Source: an uncultured Planctomycetota bacterium (GTDB lineage: Bacteria; Planctomycetota; Planctomycetia; Isosphaerales; Isosphaeraceae). Taken from it: a stretch of 64,000 nt of DNA. This document shows positions 63,315-64,000 of the stretch, piece after piece. A model generated the notes under the pieces. The model did not search any database. It had not been told where the DNA came from and saw only the letters and a program-made list of their open reading frames with translations. The translations under genes were made by a program, and so were the position numbers. The DNA lies in NCBI GenBank assembly GCA_963823665.1, contig CAWGMQ010000006.1:1312001-1376000 (forward strand), given 5' to 3'. Position 1 is the stretch's first letter. Every line of letters starts with the position of its first letter.

Positions 63315-63866
63315 GATAGGCTCTCCTCTCGATCGGCACCGGACCTGGCAGCTTCGCCGGCAAAGAGTTGAACACGAAGCGCCTTGACCCCGGTATGAAT
63401 CAAGTAGCCCACGTTGGACACGCTATGTCCGCTGATCCGGCTGATTTCCTGGTAGGAAAACCCGTTCTGAAACTTGAGGCGAATGACCTCGCGCTGATTG
63501 ACGGGCAAGACCTCGAGCAAGTCGAGCACCCTGGACGCCAGGTCTCGCCTGACCGCGGCCTCGAGTGGTCCCGGGTCCGGGCTGAGGCAGCGCTGCACCT
63601 GCTCCTCGTGCAACTGAGTCATCCGATTCTCCTTCCGCAGCACATCGAGCGCCCGGTTCCGGCAAACGGTGAACAGCCACTCGGCCAGGTGCCCGTCGAT
63701 CGATGCAAACTCGGAGGCGCATAGTTTCAAAAACGTATCCTGCACCACATCTCGCGCAGCCTCAGCATCTCGCAGCAAGCTGCGCGGCGTACAACAAGAG
63801 CGGCCCCTCAAACCGGGCCACCGCATCGCGTACCCATGACTGCTGCTCGCCCGTTACTTGCGACAT
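63311..63866 (-). CDS. ECF sigma factor (copy 2; frameshift ~63781)
   Basis: near-identical to 59952-60504. Confidence 0.9.
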
Positions 63867-63904
63867 CAGCCCGCCCGAAAGGAATTCCAGTTCCGTTCAT
63901 TCTA

Positions 63905-63931
63905 TAAGACGGGTGTCGGGCGAGTTTCTTA
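63905..63931 (-). promoter_or_regulatory. candidate ECF-type autoregulatory promoter
   Basis: minus strand TAAG-N16-CGTC(TTA) about 40 bp upstream of the sigma ATG; not present upstream of copy 1. Confidence 0.35.
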
Positions 63932-64000
63932 GATTTGGAAGCGCATACCTGCCCCCAGCGTGGGCGAGGTGCCGCCGCAGGCGGCGGTGGGGGGCCGGCG

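Noticed and set aside
63945..64000. GC-rich palindrome at the window end
   Set aside because: Probably a REP-like element, but it is cut off by the window edge and cannot be characterised.

Overview
GC-rich bacterial DNA whose gene content points to a planctomycete (Isosphaeraceae-like). Many single-base frameshifts, including in essential genes, look like long-read consensus errors. The left half (~1-27.8 kb) is an accessory, mobile-element-rich region with LRR/TPR genes, gene remnants, a Xis-HTH/PIN toxin-antitoxin pair, an IS21, an IS4 and three group II introns. The right half is mostly core genome (purA-uppS-cdsA, nspC, phoH-HD-ybeY, recO-bamD-like-lptE-folP-proA), with a Gly-rich surface protein and a tandem-duplicated ECF sigma/VWA module. 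The main finding is a three-member group II intron system. (1) An En-less, RT-encoding intron (7464-11895) inserts at a dispersed GGGTGTCT repeat motif. (2) A 732-nt ORF-less chimeric relative with the same EBS1 lies at 15361-16092. (3) An HNH-encoding CL-class intron (9443-11862) is nested inside the first; its EBS1/EBS2 are complementary to the host's domain V/VI junction, so it appears to target the catalytic core of other group II introns and splits the host's branch-point domain.
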